From the NCBI GenBank assembly GCA_963675755.2, contig CAXXMD010000002.1, forward strand, positions 864,001 through 928,000: a stretch of 64,000 nucleotides of DNA, read 5' to 3'. This DNA is from a bacterium (GTDB lineage Bacteria; Zhuqueibacterota; Zhuqueibacteria; Residuimicrobiales; Krinioviventaceae). The notes under the pieces were generated by a model that saw only the letters and a program-made list of their open reading frames with translations, did not search any database and had not been told where the DNA came from. A program made the position numbers and the translations under genes. Shown here one piece after another: positions 21,489 through 31,296 of this stretch (position 1 is the first letter of the stretch; each line of letters starts with the position of its first letter).

Positions 21489-23105
21489 ATGAAAATCAGA
21501 ATACACCAACTCTATTTAAAACTAGAGTATAAAGATAGTGATATTTTAAAATTTGCGGCAAAAAAATTAAACTGCCAACCAGAATCATTATCAATCATCA
21601 GGGTGAACAAACGATCAATTGATGCACGCCCCAGACATCCCGAACCATTGTACACTTTGTCCGTTGATGTAGAATTCACAGGTAGCAATTTATCAGGAAA
21701 ATTTAAACCAAATGAAGTTCAAATTCTCACTGAACCGGAAAACATTGCATCTTTTTTTTCACCGCTCAAGTCCGACAATCCATTCCCTCCTGTTGTTATT
21801 GGTGCAGGTCCTGCAGGGCTCTATGCAGCTTTGGTTCTTGCCGAATCGGGACTAAAACCCATACTCATTGAGAGAGGTGCTGCCGTTACAGAGCGATCAG
21901 ATCATGTTGAACAATTTTGGACAAAAGACATCCTCAATGTAGAAAGTAATGTTTTATATGGAGAAGGTGGTGCCGGACTCTTTTCAGACGGAAAACTGAC
22001 TGCACGGAGTAAAGATAAACCTCGTATCCGATATCTGTTACAAACACTGGTAGATAACGGAGCTCCTGAAGACATTTTGTTAGATTGGGAACCACACGTT
22101 GGTACTGATCTGCTTGCCAATATTGTACCCAATATGCGTAATAAAATCATATCACTCGGTGGTACAGTCAAATTCAATTCGCAATTAACCAATCTGATAA
22201 TAAAAGATAAAAACCTCGTTGCTGTACAGCTTGAGGATGAAACTATTGAAACGAATCACTGCATTCTTGCAACAGGACACAGTGCACGTGACGTTTATGA
22301 TATGTTACATCAGGCAGATGTTCCATTACAATCCAAGCCCATTGCAATTGGAGTGCGTGTTGAAGTCCCACAAATACAGGTTAACCGCGCGCAATGGGGA
22401 AAGTTTGCCGAACATCCCAAACTGGGAGCAGCAAGTTACAGATTGACCCGAAAAAGCCAACAAAACGCACGCGCCTGTTACAGCTTTTGCATGTGTCCCG
22501 GAGGAACGGTTATCTCGTGTGCATCGACACAAGGTGAATTTACAACAAATGGTATGAGTCACTCTACCAGAGGCGGGAATTTTGCTAATGCAGCCTACCT
22601 GGTGCCTGTAAATCCTGATGATTATTTTAATGATATTGATTCATCAGGCCAGGATGTTCTTGCCGGTTATCGCTATCAACAGGAAATTGAAAAAAAAGCA
22701 TATCTTGCCGGAGGTGGCAATTATCATATACCGGCCTCGACGTTGCCAGATTTTCTAAATAAAAGCAACCCTACATCAATACCGAATGAGCGGTCCTGGC
22801 ATTTTGCTTTTCCAGCAAATCTATACGACATTCTACCGGAATTCATTACAAACACACTTGAAATTCAAATACCACAAATGCTCAAAGAATTGAACAGAGT
22901 AGGTCCTGGTGATGTATTAATCTATGCTCCGGAAACGCGCAGTTCCAGTCCTATACGAATTGAACGTAATGAATATGGCGAGTCAACAGGATTAACAGGA
23001 TTATTTCCGGCCGGTGAAGGTGCAGGTTATGCGGGTGGAATTGTTAGTTCTGCAATAGATGGAATCAAAGCGGCAGAAGCAGTAATAAAATCAATTTTAA
23101 CATAA
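21489..23105 (+). CDS. Uncharacterised FAD-dependent oxidoreductase
   Basis: VIGAGPAGL Rossmann motif, YGEGGAGLFSDGKL, SFCMCPGG, GEGAGYAGGIVSSAIDG. Confidence 0.9.
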   Translation: MKIRIHQLYLKLEYKDSDILKFAAKKLNCQPESLSIIRVNKRSIDARPRHPEPLYTLSVDVEFTGSNLSGKFKPNEVQILTEPENIASFFSPLKSDNPFPPVVIGAGPAGLYAALVLAESGLKPILIERGAAVTERSDHVEQFWTKDILNVESNVLYGEGGAGLFSDGKLTARSKDKPRIRYLLQTLVDNGAPEDILLDWEPHVGTDLLANIVPNMRNKIISLGGTVKFNSQLTNLIIKDKNLVAVQLEDETIETNHCILATGHSARDVYDMLHQADVPLQSKPIAIGVRVEVPQIQVNRAQWGKFAEHPKLGAASYRLTRKSQQNARACYSFCMCPGGTVISCASTQGEFTTNGMSHSTRGGNFANAAYLVPVNPDDYFNDIDSSGQDVLAGYRYQQEIEKKAYLAGGGNYHIPASTLPDFLNKSNPTSIPNERSWHFAFPANLYDILPEFITNTLEIQIPQMLKELNRVGPGDVLIYAPETRSSSPIRIERNEYGESTGLTGLFPAGEGAGYAGGIVSSAIDGIKAAEAVIKSILT

Positions 23106-23140
23106 AAAAAGCCCGGCTCTCTCATTCCGGGCTCTTTTTT
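23104..23140. terminator. Bidirectional intrinsic terminator between convergent genes
   Basis: A7-GCCCGG-10 nt loop-CCGGGC-TC-T6. Confidence 0.85.
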
Positions 23141-23168
23141 CATCATCTTTGGAGGAAGATGTTATATT

Positions 23169-23795
23169 TTATTTCACATACTTTTTATAACGGTCATTAA
23201 TTCGTCCCCAATGCAAATTATCAATAAAATTATCGATATATGTTGCACGTCCGGGGCCATCTTTATGATAATATGCATGTTCAAATACATCCAGTGAAAT
23301 CAAGGGAATTCCGCCCCAGATCGCACCATATTGATGTTCATCGACCAGAACATTCAGCAACCTCTGTGAGTAGAGTGAATCAAACACGAGCAATCCCCAG
23401 CCACTCAATTTTGCTGAAAATGCAGTTGCTTTAAAGTCTTCTTTCCACTTTTCAAAAGAACCAAACTCTTTTTCAATTGCAGCCAACACATCGGGACCTT
23501 TTGACGGATCTCCATCTCCACCCATTACTTCCCAATAGACATCGTGAAGTAATGCACCAGAGTGGTTCCAGGTCAATCTTCTTTTAAGTTCGCCAATTTC
23601 GCTGTAATTACCATTGGCTTTTGAGCGGTCTGCAGATTCCAAACCTTTTTCAATTGTATTAAGAGCTGCTACATAACCTTTATGGTGCTTATTATAATGC
23701 CAGTCCGAAGTTTCCGGACTAACTACATTTGACAACAATGTTTTAGCTTCTTCATCACTATAAGGGCGATTTCCAACTTTCCATTCGTATGACAT
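23169..23795 (-). CDS. sod: Fe/Mn superoxide dismutase
   Basis: HYNKHHKGYV, LLHDVYW, FGSFEKWK, DVFEHAYY. AGGAGA RBS before ATG 23795. Confidence 0.9.
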   Translation of the reverse strand: MSYEWKVGNRPYSDEEAKTLLSNVVSPETSDWHYNKHHKGYVAALNTIEKGLESADRSKANGNYSEIGELKRRLTWNHSGALLHDVYWEVMGGDGDPSKGPDVLAAIEKEFGSFEKWKEDFKATAFSAKLSGWGLLVFDSLYSQRLLNVLVDEHQYGAIWGGIPLISLDVFEHAYYHKDGPGRATYIDNFIDNLHWGRINDRYKKYVK

Positions 23796-23942
23796 GATGT
23801 TCTCCTTAATGTTGTTCTTTATCCTTTCAATCAAGGAATTATACAACAGAAGCCTATTGCCGGTTATTCCAAAAGTTTTTAAAAATGAAAAATTCTATGA
23901 TATGGATAATAAAATAATGCAGAAACAGCCTAGAATTCATGC

Positions 23943-23971
23943 TTGCAATTTTTAATTAAAAGTCGTATTGT
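23943..23971 (+). promoter_or_regulatory. Putative sigma70 promoter of the TPR-receptor-exbBD-tonB operon
   Basis: TTGCAA-17 nt-TATTGT. Confidence 0.45.
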
Positions 23972-24085
23972 TTGAAATGAATTTTATAAAATGTAAAACA
24001 ACGTAATGAATGCAAAAACAATGGAACCTGCACTCTTTTAATAACGTCTATTAATATAATAATCAATTATTTATCCGGGAAGAGA

Positions 24086-27000
24086 ATGATAAAAAAACTT
24101 TTTCTATTTCTGATCCTGTCTAATTCGGTTTATTTGTTTGCACAAACAACCGGTTCGCAGGCCGATAATGACTTTTATGTTGCAAAAGGAATGTATAACG
24201 ACCAGTTATATGATCTGGCAGCATCCCAGTTTCGGGAATTCCTCAGTAAACACAGGGATGAATCTCTGGCTGAGGAAGCACAATTCCTGCTTGGAGAATG
24301 CTATTATCAAAGTGGTGATTATTCACGTGCTGTAACGGAATACAAAAAATTATTATCCGATTACCCGGCCATTGGTTTCAGGGACAAGGCTTATTATCGA
24401 ATTGGCGAAACCATGGTGAATTCAGGCCAATATGAAGAAGGTATAAAAGCCTTTCAAATCTTTTTATCTCAATATCCCAAAAGTCCGTTAGTGACAGATG
24501 CGTATTACTGGTATGCCGAAGCTTTGTATCATACCGGTAATAATGCCAAAGCCCTTGAATATTATGCGCGTGTATATAACATGGATAAATCCGGTCCATT
24601 GGCTGACTATTCTTTTTATTCTGCAGCATTTATCTATGAAGAAATGAAAAAATGGGACCAGGCACTTAAAGCTTATCAACTCTTGTTAAAAAATCACCCC
24701 TCAAGTCCACTTGTGCCACAAACTACATATCGTATGGGTTTGGTCTATTTTGGAAAAGGTGAATATGATACTAGCATAAAAATTTTGGATAAAGCAATCA
24801 AAGATTATCCCAAAAACGATATGCGTTTTGAAGCCCAATACTTTATTGGAGAATCTTATTTCAAACTGGAACAATATGTAAAAGCACTTGAAGCCTATAA
24901 CATGGTTGCTGTTGTTCCTGACAACAGTTATGCCGATGATGCGCATTACAGCATGGGTTGGGCATATTTTAAAATCAATCAATTTGAAAATGCTGCACTC
25001 TCTTTCTCTCAGGCTGCTGAGATCAGCAATTCAAAAGAAATCATTTCATCATCATGGTTTCAGGCTGGCAGGAACCGTTTAAAACTGGGACAAACAGATC
25101 AGGCATCACAACTTTTTAAAAGAGTCATTCTGAACCACCCGGATTCCAAAGATGCACCCAATGCGATGTATGAACTGGGCTCTATTGATTTTGATGCCAA
25201 ACAAATTGCAGGCGCAAAACAATATTTTCAGGATATTGTTGATAAATATCCGGATTCTTCTATAGCTGGCCAGGCTTCCCTTATGATTGGAGAATGCTAT
25301 CTCTTAGACAACGATTCAGAAACTGCTTTAAAGGCATTTCAAACAACGGAATCCACATACCAATCTGCGTTTATTCAGGCAAATGCATTATTCAAGATGG
25401 GTAAACTTTATTATAATTCCGGTAATTATGCTAAAGCGCTTGAATATTTTAATAAAGTAAATTCTCAATATACAGATCAACTGGTACATAGCGAATCCAT
25501 GTTCTGGTATGCGGAAACCTTGTTCAAATCAAATGATTTTCAGCAGGCATTAACTTCATATAACAAATTCATAAAATATTATCCAAATTCACCCAAACTC
25601 GCTGAAGCATGGTATGGACTTGGATATGCTGCCATAAAAACAGACAACTTTCAACAAGCAGAAGATGCATTTAAAAATGCAAACAAGCTTGCAGATAATA
25701 AATCCTTAAAAATTGATGCATTATTACGGATGGGAGATGCAATCTTTAACACCAAAGAATACATCCGTGCTATTACCTATTATGAAAAAGCATTAAATAC
25801 GGATGCCTCTCATTCTCAAAAAGCAGAAGCTAATTTTCAAATTGGTTATTGTTATTACCGTAATACCAATTTTCATGTTGCAAAAAAATCATTTACCACA
25901 GTCACCCAAGAGTTTGGTGATACACAATATGCAGCGGAAGCTCAGTATATGATTGGACGTTGTTCCTTTCGTACCAATGATTTCCCTGAAGCTATTGCAG
26001 AATTCAACTCTTTGTTGAGTAAATATCCCAACAGCACTTTTGCGGATGATGCAACATATGCTATAGGAGACTGCTATTACAATCAGGGTGATTATGACAA
26101 CGCTATACTACAATACCGAAAATTACTAGACACTTTTCCCAAAAGTGAATATGTATCGGATGCAGTTAACGGTGTGCAATGGTCAATGATGCAAAAAGGT
26201 GAATCTGATGATGCCATGAACATGGTTGACGAACTTTTACCCAAAATAGACGATCCCGATGTTGCAGCCAAAGTGTTAATTCGTAAAGCTGAATTTGCAG
26301 AAAACATGCAGCAGTATGACCAGGCAATTGCACAATATCAGCTTGTTCTAAGAGATTATCCCACTTCGGAAGCTGCAAAAAGCATGTATTATCATATCGG
26401 TAAAGTTTATGATAAATTCAAAGATCCTGAAACTGCAGTTACCACGTTACAGAAACAATGGGAACAATATCCTGATACAAAAGCAGCGGCAGATGCTTTA
26501 CTACTGGCAGCATTAATACACCAAAAACAGGGAAACCATGACGCGGCAATTGAAACCTATGAAAAATTCATCGGTAATTTCCCCGATCATGATAAACTTG
26601 CAGAAGCGAATTATTTAGCCGGAAATTCCTGGTACAGTAAAAACAATATGGACATGGCGATTAAGTATTATCAAAATGCCATTACCATAAATAACAATGC
26701 AAGAACTACAAATCAGGCAAATATCGGACTTGCCAGGATCTATATTAAAACCGGCAAAACTGAACCAGCTGAAAGTATATTGCACAGTCTCACCAGCCAA
26801 ACGACTATAGATGCAGATCTTGCAGCTGAAGCACATTATCTCATCGGTGAAGTTTACAAGGCACGCGAGGAATATCAAAATGCAGTGGTTGCATTCTTGA
26901 AAATAAAATATATTTTTACAACGGAAACGGATTGGGTTGTTCGGGGCATTTACCAGGCCGCATTATGTAATGAAGAATTAAAGAAATATGACGAGTCCAG

Positions 27001-27094
27001 GCGGCTCTATAATTCAATTATTCGTGAATTCCCCAATCAAACAGAATATCAGGAATACGCAAAGAACCGGTTGCAGCAATTGGCAGGGAAATAA
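24086..27094 (+). CDS. Large exported TPR protein (CpoB/BamD-like repeats throughout)
   Basis: Signal peptide; more than 20 repeats of the type AxYxxGxxYyxxxxYxxA...YPxS. Confidence 0.9.
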   Translation: MIKKLFLFLILSNSVYLFAQTTGSQADNDFYVAKGMYNDQLYDLAASQFREFLSKHRDESLAEEAQFLLGECYYQSGDYSRAVTEYKKLLSDYPAIGFRDKAYYRIGETMVNSGQYEEGIKAFQIFLSQYPKSPLVTDAYYWYAEALYHTGNNAKALEYYARVYNMDKSGPLADYSFYSAAFIYEEMKKWDQALKAYQLLLKNHPSSPLVPQTTYRMGLVYFGKGEYDTSIKILDKAIKDYPKNDMRFEAQYFIGESYFKLEQYVKALEAYNMVAVVPDNSYADDAHYSMGWAYFKINQFENAALSFSQAAEISNSKEIISSSWFQAGRNRLKLGQTDQASQLFKRVILNHPDSKDAPNAMYELGSIDFDAKQIAGAKQYFQDIVDKYPDSSIAGQASLMIGECYLLDNDSETALKAFQTTESTYQSAFIQANALFKMGKLYYNSGNYAKALEYFNKVNSQYTDQLVHSESMFWYAETLFKSNDFQQALTSYNKFIKYYPNSPKLAEAWYGLGYAAIKTDNFQQAEDAFKNANKLADNKSLKIDALLRMGDAIFNTKEYIRAITYYEKALNTDASHSQKAEANFQIGYCYYRNTNFHVAKKSFTTVTQEFGDTQYAAEAQYMIGRCSFRTNDFPEAIAEFNSLLSKYPNSTFADDATYAIGDCYYNQGDYDNAILQYRKLLDTFPKSEYVSDAVNGVQWSMMQKGESDDAMNMVDELLPKIDDPDVAAKVLIRKAEFAENMQQYDQAIAQYQLVLRDYPTSEAAKSMYYHIGKVYDKFKDPETAVTTLQKQWEQYPDTKAAADALLLAALIHQKQGNHDAAIETYEKFIGNFPDHDKLAEANYLAGNSWYSKNNMDMAIKYYQNAITINNNARTTNQANIGLARIYIKTGKTEPAESILHSLTSQTTIDADLAAEAHYLIGEVYKAREEYQNAVVAFLKIKYIFTTETDWVVRGIYQAALCNEELKKYDESRRLYNSIIREFPNQTEYQEYAKNRLQQLAGK

Positions 27095-28779
27095 TGAAAA
27101 CGAAAATACTTTTATCCTTATTTATAATGGTTCCGGGGTTGCTGTTTGCACAAAAAGTGGTTGCTCCCCCCTCTCGTATAACCTTACCATCGGATACAAG
27201 TCGCGTTGTACCATCATCATCAAAGGTCAATGCTCAGGATTCAACTTTGACTGTACCCGAAGTGTTGATCTATGGCAAGGACAAAACCACCAGAAATGTT
27301 GATGATAAAATAGATTTTAACCAGGAAACACCAACCTTATACAAGCCTCAACTGGAGCATGATCCCGTCAGTAATTTGATGGCAAGCACCCAGAACAAAC
27401 CGGAATATGAAAGAACTGCAAATACAATGCAGCGCATGACTTGGGCAGATCTTACAGGTGGAGGTTATTCAACAGTAATCGCCAATGCAGGATACTGGCA
27501 GCGTATCAAAAAAGGTGATTTCAGGGTTAACGGTAATTTTGATCGCAGCAGTGGACAATTTGATAACAGTGATCATACAATGGGTGGTATTTCAGGAAAT
27601 CTTCACTATGTATTCAACAAATCCAAAACTACTTCGTTTGCAGAGTTGTATTCAAAAGATCTGGGCATGTTTAATTACATGGGTAGATCAGATGTTAAAC
27701 GCACAATCACGAACCTGAATGCCGGAACAGAATGGTATTTAAGCGTTAGTAAACTTGCGGATAGTAAAGTTGGTTTTCATTTCAACAATCTATCTATCAC
27801 GGATGATTCCAGTGCAACAATTAATACCAGAGACCAGTTTACCTATAAACTATTCGGTGAATATAATCAACAATTTAAATATGCTATGGTTAAAGGTTTT
27901 GGTGGTTTTGAAAGAGACTCTGATAATTTGGACAATGCAAGCAATCATTCACATTTTGGTGAGTTAGGGGCAGAATTTAGTGGTAACCCCATTAACTCGG
28001 TAATGCTTTCAGCGGGTTTAAAATACCAATCATTTGATTCCAATTTTCTTACATCTGTAGACAAAGCTGCACCCTTTGCAAAAGTTAATTACATGCCTTC
28101 AAAAAACATAGGAGTTACTTTACAGTATCAAAGTGGATTGGAATATACTCCCTTTACTGAATGGTTATCTCAAAATCCATACGTGGTTCCCGAAATTGCA
28201 AGTACAGCAAATGAATTGAAATACGACTTGCAATTTGATGTTCAATACGAACCCAAAGATGGCATGCACCTCTACTCTACCATTGATTATAAAGGTTATG
28301 ATCAATATATTTACTGGAACAGTCCCGATACTACATTAAATCCAGTATCATTAAATAGTCTGAATGATATGGATTTGCTGTCTTTTAGTCTTGGTGGAAA
28401 ATTTAATCTATCAGAACGTTCCAGATTACAAATTGGGTTCACTAAATATCAAACAAGTATGAACGATACTACTGGGTTTGTTCATAAAAATGTACCCTAT
28501 ATACCTGAATATATGGTTCCAGTTAAACTTATATTTGAACCCCTGAAAGGTACTACTATTTCACTGGATGCCGAAATAACAGGTAAAAGATATATTGCAG
28601 CTAACATGGATGAAACATTATCCGGGTATACTGTGTTTAATATAGCCGTGCAGCAATCATTTGGAAATATCTCTGCACATATTAAATTGCAAAATTTATT
28701 TGATTCTGAATATAGTTATTGGTATAATTATCCACAAAAAGGTGTTCATTTGTTGGCAGGTATTAGCGCCAGATTCTAA
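27094..28779 (+). CDS. TonB-dependent-receptor-like outer-membrane beta-barrel, short, no obvious canonical plug
   Basis: Signal peptide; TVPEVLIYG TonB-box-like segment; C-terminal LQNLFDSEY...GISARF typical of TBDR ends; translationally coupled to the TPR gene. Confidence 0.7.
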   Translation: MKTKILLSLFIMVPGLLFAQKVVAPPSRITLPSDTSRVVPSSSKVNAQDSTLTVPEVLIYGKDKTTRNVDDKIDFNQETPTLYKPQLEHDPVSNLMASTQNKPEYERTANTMQRMTWADLTGGGYSTVIANAGYWQRIKKGDFRVNGNFDRSSGQFDNSDHTMGGISGNLHYVFNKSKTTSFAELYSKDLGMFNYMGRSDVKRTITNLNAGTEWYLSVSKLADSKVGFHFNNLSITDDSSATINTRDQFTYKLFGEYNQQFKYAMVKGFGGFERDSDNLDNASNHSHFGELGAEFSGNPINSVMLSAGLKYQSFDSNFLTSVDKAAPFAKVNYMPSKNIGVTLQYQSGLEYTPFTEWLSQNPYVVPEIASTANELKYDLQFDVQYEPKDGMHLYSTIDYKGYDQYIYWNSPDTTLNPVSLNSLNDMDLLSFSLGGKFNLSERSRLQIGFTKYQTSMNDTTGFVHKNVPYIPEYMVPVKLIFEPLKGTTISLDAEITGKRYIAANMDETLSGYTVFNIAVQQSFGNISAHIKLQNLFDSEYSYWYNYPQKGVHLLAGISARF

Positions 28780-28805
28780 ACAAACAGAAACAAGGAGTCA
28801 CAATA

Positions 28806-29447
28806 ATGTCCATGATTGAAATCATCCTCAAGGGCGGTGTAATGATGATCCCCCTGGCCCTTTGCTCGGTAGTTGCACTTGCAATATTGATTGAACGGCT
28901 GGTATCCCTGAGAAAGATCCAGATTAATGCCCGTACATTTGTATTACAAGTCAAGAACCTTTTGCTTCGGAACCGAATCGATGAAGCAGTTGTAATGTGC
29001 AAAGAAACACCAGGTCCCATTGCCAAAATCACACATGCAGGTTTGATGAAGCATGACCGTCCCCGCGAAGAAATCAAAGATTCCATTGAAGGCGCAGCCA
29101 AAGTCCAGATTTATCATCTTGAGCGTAATTTGGGTGTTTTGGGAACAATAGCAGCTATTGCTCCATTAATTGGATTTTTGGGTACCGTAACAGGTATGAT
29201 CAAAGCTTTTATGCAAGTTCAAACACTTGGCGGCAGCGTAGATGCAAGTGTTTTGGCAGGCGGTATATGGGAAGCCTTGATTACAACAGCAGCCGGTCTT
29301 AGTGTTGGTATTCCCGCATTGATATTCTATAACTGGCTGTTGAGCAAAGTCGAACGACATGTATTTGACATGCAGGAAAGCTCGAACGAACTTATGGATG
29401 TATTCCTGGAAAAGGAGATTCAGAATGAACATCGAAACATCGCGTAA
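28806..29447 (+). CDS. exbB: MotA/TolQ/ExbB proton channel
   Basis: GGVMMIPL, LGTIAAIAPLIGFLGTVTGMI, GIWEALITTAAGL. Confidence 0.92.
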   Translation: MSMIEIILKGGVMMIPLALCSVVALAILIERLVSLRKIQINARTFVLQVKNLLLRNRIDEAVVMCKETPGPIAKITHAGLMKHDRPREEIKDSIEGAAKVQIYHLERNLGVLGTIAAIAPLIGFLGTVTGMIKAFMQVQTLGGSVDASVLAGGIWEALITTAAGLSVGIPALIFYNWLLSKVERHVFDMQESSNELMDVFLEKEIQNEHRNIA

Positions 29448-29826
29448 ACGGATGGTAATGTTTTCCACCATCTCTTTGACCGATATTGTTCTGCTGTTAC
29501 TGATCTTTTTTCTACTGACTTCATCATTCGTTGTTCAGCCGGGAATCAAAGTCAAATTACCCAATGCAGCAAGTGGTCAGCAGGATGATTCGGATAAAAT
29601 CTATGTCACAATCACTCTGGACAACCAAATATTTCTGAACCAGAGACAAGTTTCCATTACCCAGCTCGCACAGCAAATGGGTCAAATGTTGAATGAAAAT
29701 CCGCAAAAAATGGTTGTAATCAAAGCAGACAAAGATCTTTCACTGGAAAGAACAATCCGTATTGTAGATACAGCAAAACTAGCCGGCGCTGAACGGTTTA
29801 TGATTGCAACTGAACCAGGATTATAA
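29425..29826 (+). CDS. exbD: ExbD/TolR biopolymer transport protein
   Basis: SLTDIVLLLLIFFLLTS with the essential Asp; VKLP; IKADK. AAGGAG RBS before ATG 29425. Confidence 0.92.
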   Translation: MNIETSRKRMVMFSTISLTDIVLLLLIFFLLTSSFVVQPGIKVKLPNAASGQQDDSDKIYVTITLDNQIFLNQRQVSITQLAQQMGQMLNENPQKMVVIKADKDLSLERTIRIVDTAKLAGAERFMIATEPGL

Positions 29827-29830
29827 TTTT

Positions 29831-30625
29831 ATGAAAAAGCTTTTTCAAAATTTAAATCTCAACAAAGCAATGGGAATATCTGTAATTTTCCATTTATTTT
29901 TGGTGCTGTTGTTTTATCTTGTTCACACTCAGATGGTAATGCCTTCACCGGAATACGCCGAGATATCATTTATGTCAAGTTCGAGCAAGACGGTTCCGGT
30001 ATCCACCAGACAACAGGCAAGACCACAGCCACCCAAGCCGGTTACAAAAAAACAGGAACCGGCACCTGAACCCGTTGCAAAAGAGGAAAAAACCCAACCT
30101 GTGAATCTTCCAAAATTCAGAAACAGATTGGATGAAGAAACAGACATGATTAAAAGGGATTATGGCAAAATTGATGCATCCTCATCAGCGCAAAAAATAA
30201 CACCGGATAATTCTGTTTATGATCAACGCGCACAAGCAATTCCGGATGATAATGACAGGAGCTATTACCCTACCCCATCTACCACAGAGAACGACGCAAA
30301 ACCATCGCTGGTAGAAAGAGACGGTATAAAACCTGGTGACTCGAATCAACCCTTTACAATTGAGGGTGATGCGGCTAAACGGACTTTGGTTAAAAAAGTA
30401 ATCCCACAATATCCACCGGGGCTTCAAAAAGAGGCTACAGTAAAAATTAGAATCTTTGTTTTACCCAATGGTGAAATCGGTCAAATGCTTCCCGTACTCA
30501 AAGGTGACCCGGTATTGGAAGAAATTACCTTGAAATCGCTTAGGGAATGGAAATTTAATCCATTACCCCCGGGTGAAAACAAGACTGTTCAAGGTATTGT
30601 TACCTTTAGATATGAATTAAGATAA
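29831..30625 (+). CDS. tonB: TonB family energy transducer
   Basis: TM with SVIFH (SxxxH), Pro-rich linker, C-terminal PQYP...WKFNP TonB_C domain. Confidence 0.88.
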   Translation: MKKLFQNLNLNKAMGISVIFHLFLVLLFYLVHTQMVMPSPEYAEISFMSSSSKTVPVSTRQQARPQPPKPVTKKQEPAPEPVAKEEKTQPVNLPKFRNRLDEETDMIKRDYGKIDASSSAQKITPDNSVYDQRAQAIPDDNDRSYYPTPSTTENDAKPSLVERDGIKPGDSNQPFTIEGDAAKRTLVKKVIPQYPPGLQKEATVKIRIFVLPNGEIGQMLPVLKGDPVLEEITLKSLREWKFNPLPPGENKTVQGIVTFRYELR

Positions 30626-30690
30626 AAATAATTTGAAATTCCCATTTTTTTTTATAATTTAACAATTATAATTTAAAAAGGAGCTGTCTA

Positions 30691-31296
30691 GTGAAAGTGT
30701 TTTATACTCTACTGATCATTTTATTATCATCAAGTTTTGTTTTGGCAGAAGAAACACTTTTCAGTGGAGATATTACACATGGCGGTTATGGCGGCCCAAG
30801 CTTCAAAGTTGGTAAAGTATACAACAGTACCGCATTATGGATTGGTGGCGGCGGCGGCTGGATCATTAATCATCAATTTGTTATTGGTGGGGCCGGTTAC
30901 GGAATGGTCTCTGAACTTCGAGCACCTTCTGTAGCTCAACCCGTAGACGGCACAGATCTTGAATATTTTATTGATTTGGGGTATGGCGGTCTGTTACTTC
31001 AATATATTGCCAATTCAGATAAACTTGTTCACTATACAATTGGAGCACTTATTGGTGCCGGTGGTATAAGCTATTCAGACAGAAGATCAACCACCGAATA
31101 TGAAATTACAGACAGTGATGCATTTATGGTAATTGAACCCGGTGTGGATGTTGTATTAAATATGACCCGTAATTTCAGACTTGCTTTTGGAGTTAAATAC
31201 TTGTATGTATCCGGATTAAATAGTATGCCGGGATTAGAAAGTTCAGATATTAGCAGTCCCCAGTTTCATGTAATGCTTAAATTCGGTACTTTTTAA
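30691..31296 (+). CDS. Small outer-membrane beta-barrel protein, function unknown
   Basis: GTG start with AAGGAG RBS; signal peptide; Gly-rich amphipathic strands; C-terminal Phe. Confidence 0.7.
   Translation: MKVFYTLLIILLSSSFVLAEETLFSGDITHGGYGGPSFKVGKVYNSTALWIGGGGGWIINHQFVIGGAGYGMVSELRAPSVAQPVDGTDLEYFIDLGYGGLLLQYIANSDKLVHYTIGALIGAGGISYSDRRSTTEYEITDSDAFMVIEPGVDVVLNMTRNFRLAFGVKYLYVSGLNSMPGLESSDISSPQFHVMLKFGTF

Noticed and set aside
23796-24085. Fur/PerR box between sod and the Ton-like operon
   Set aside because: AT-rich with GATAAT fragments, but no convincing 7-1-7 inverted repeat.
24086-27094. Periodic sequence suggestive of an array
   Set aside because: Protein-level TPR periodicity only; no DNA-level direct repeats or spacers, so not CRISPR.
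30633-30675. T9 tract and a TTATAATTTAA direct repeat upstream of the small barrel gene
   Set aside because: The TTGAAA to TATAAT spacing is only 14 nt and the region is very AT-rich, so an operator or phase switch is not supportable.
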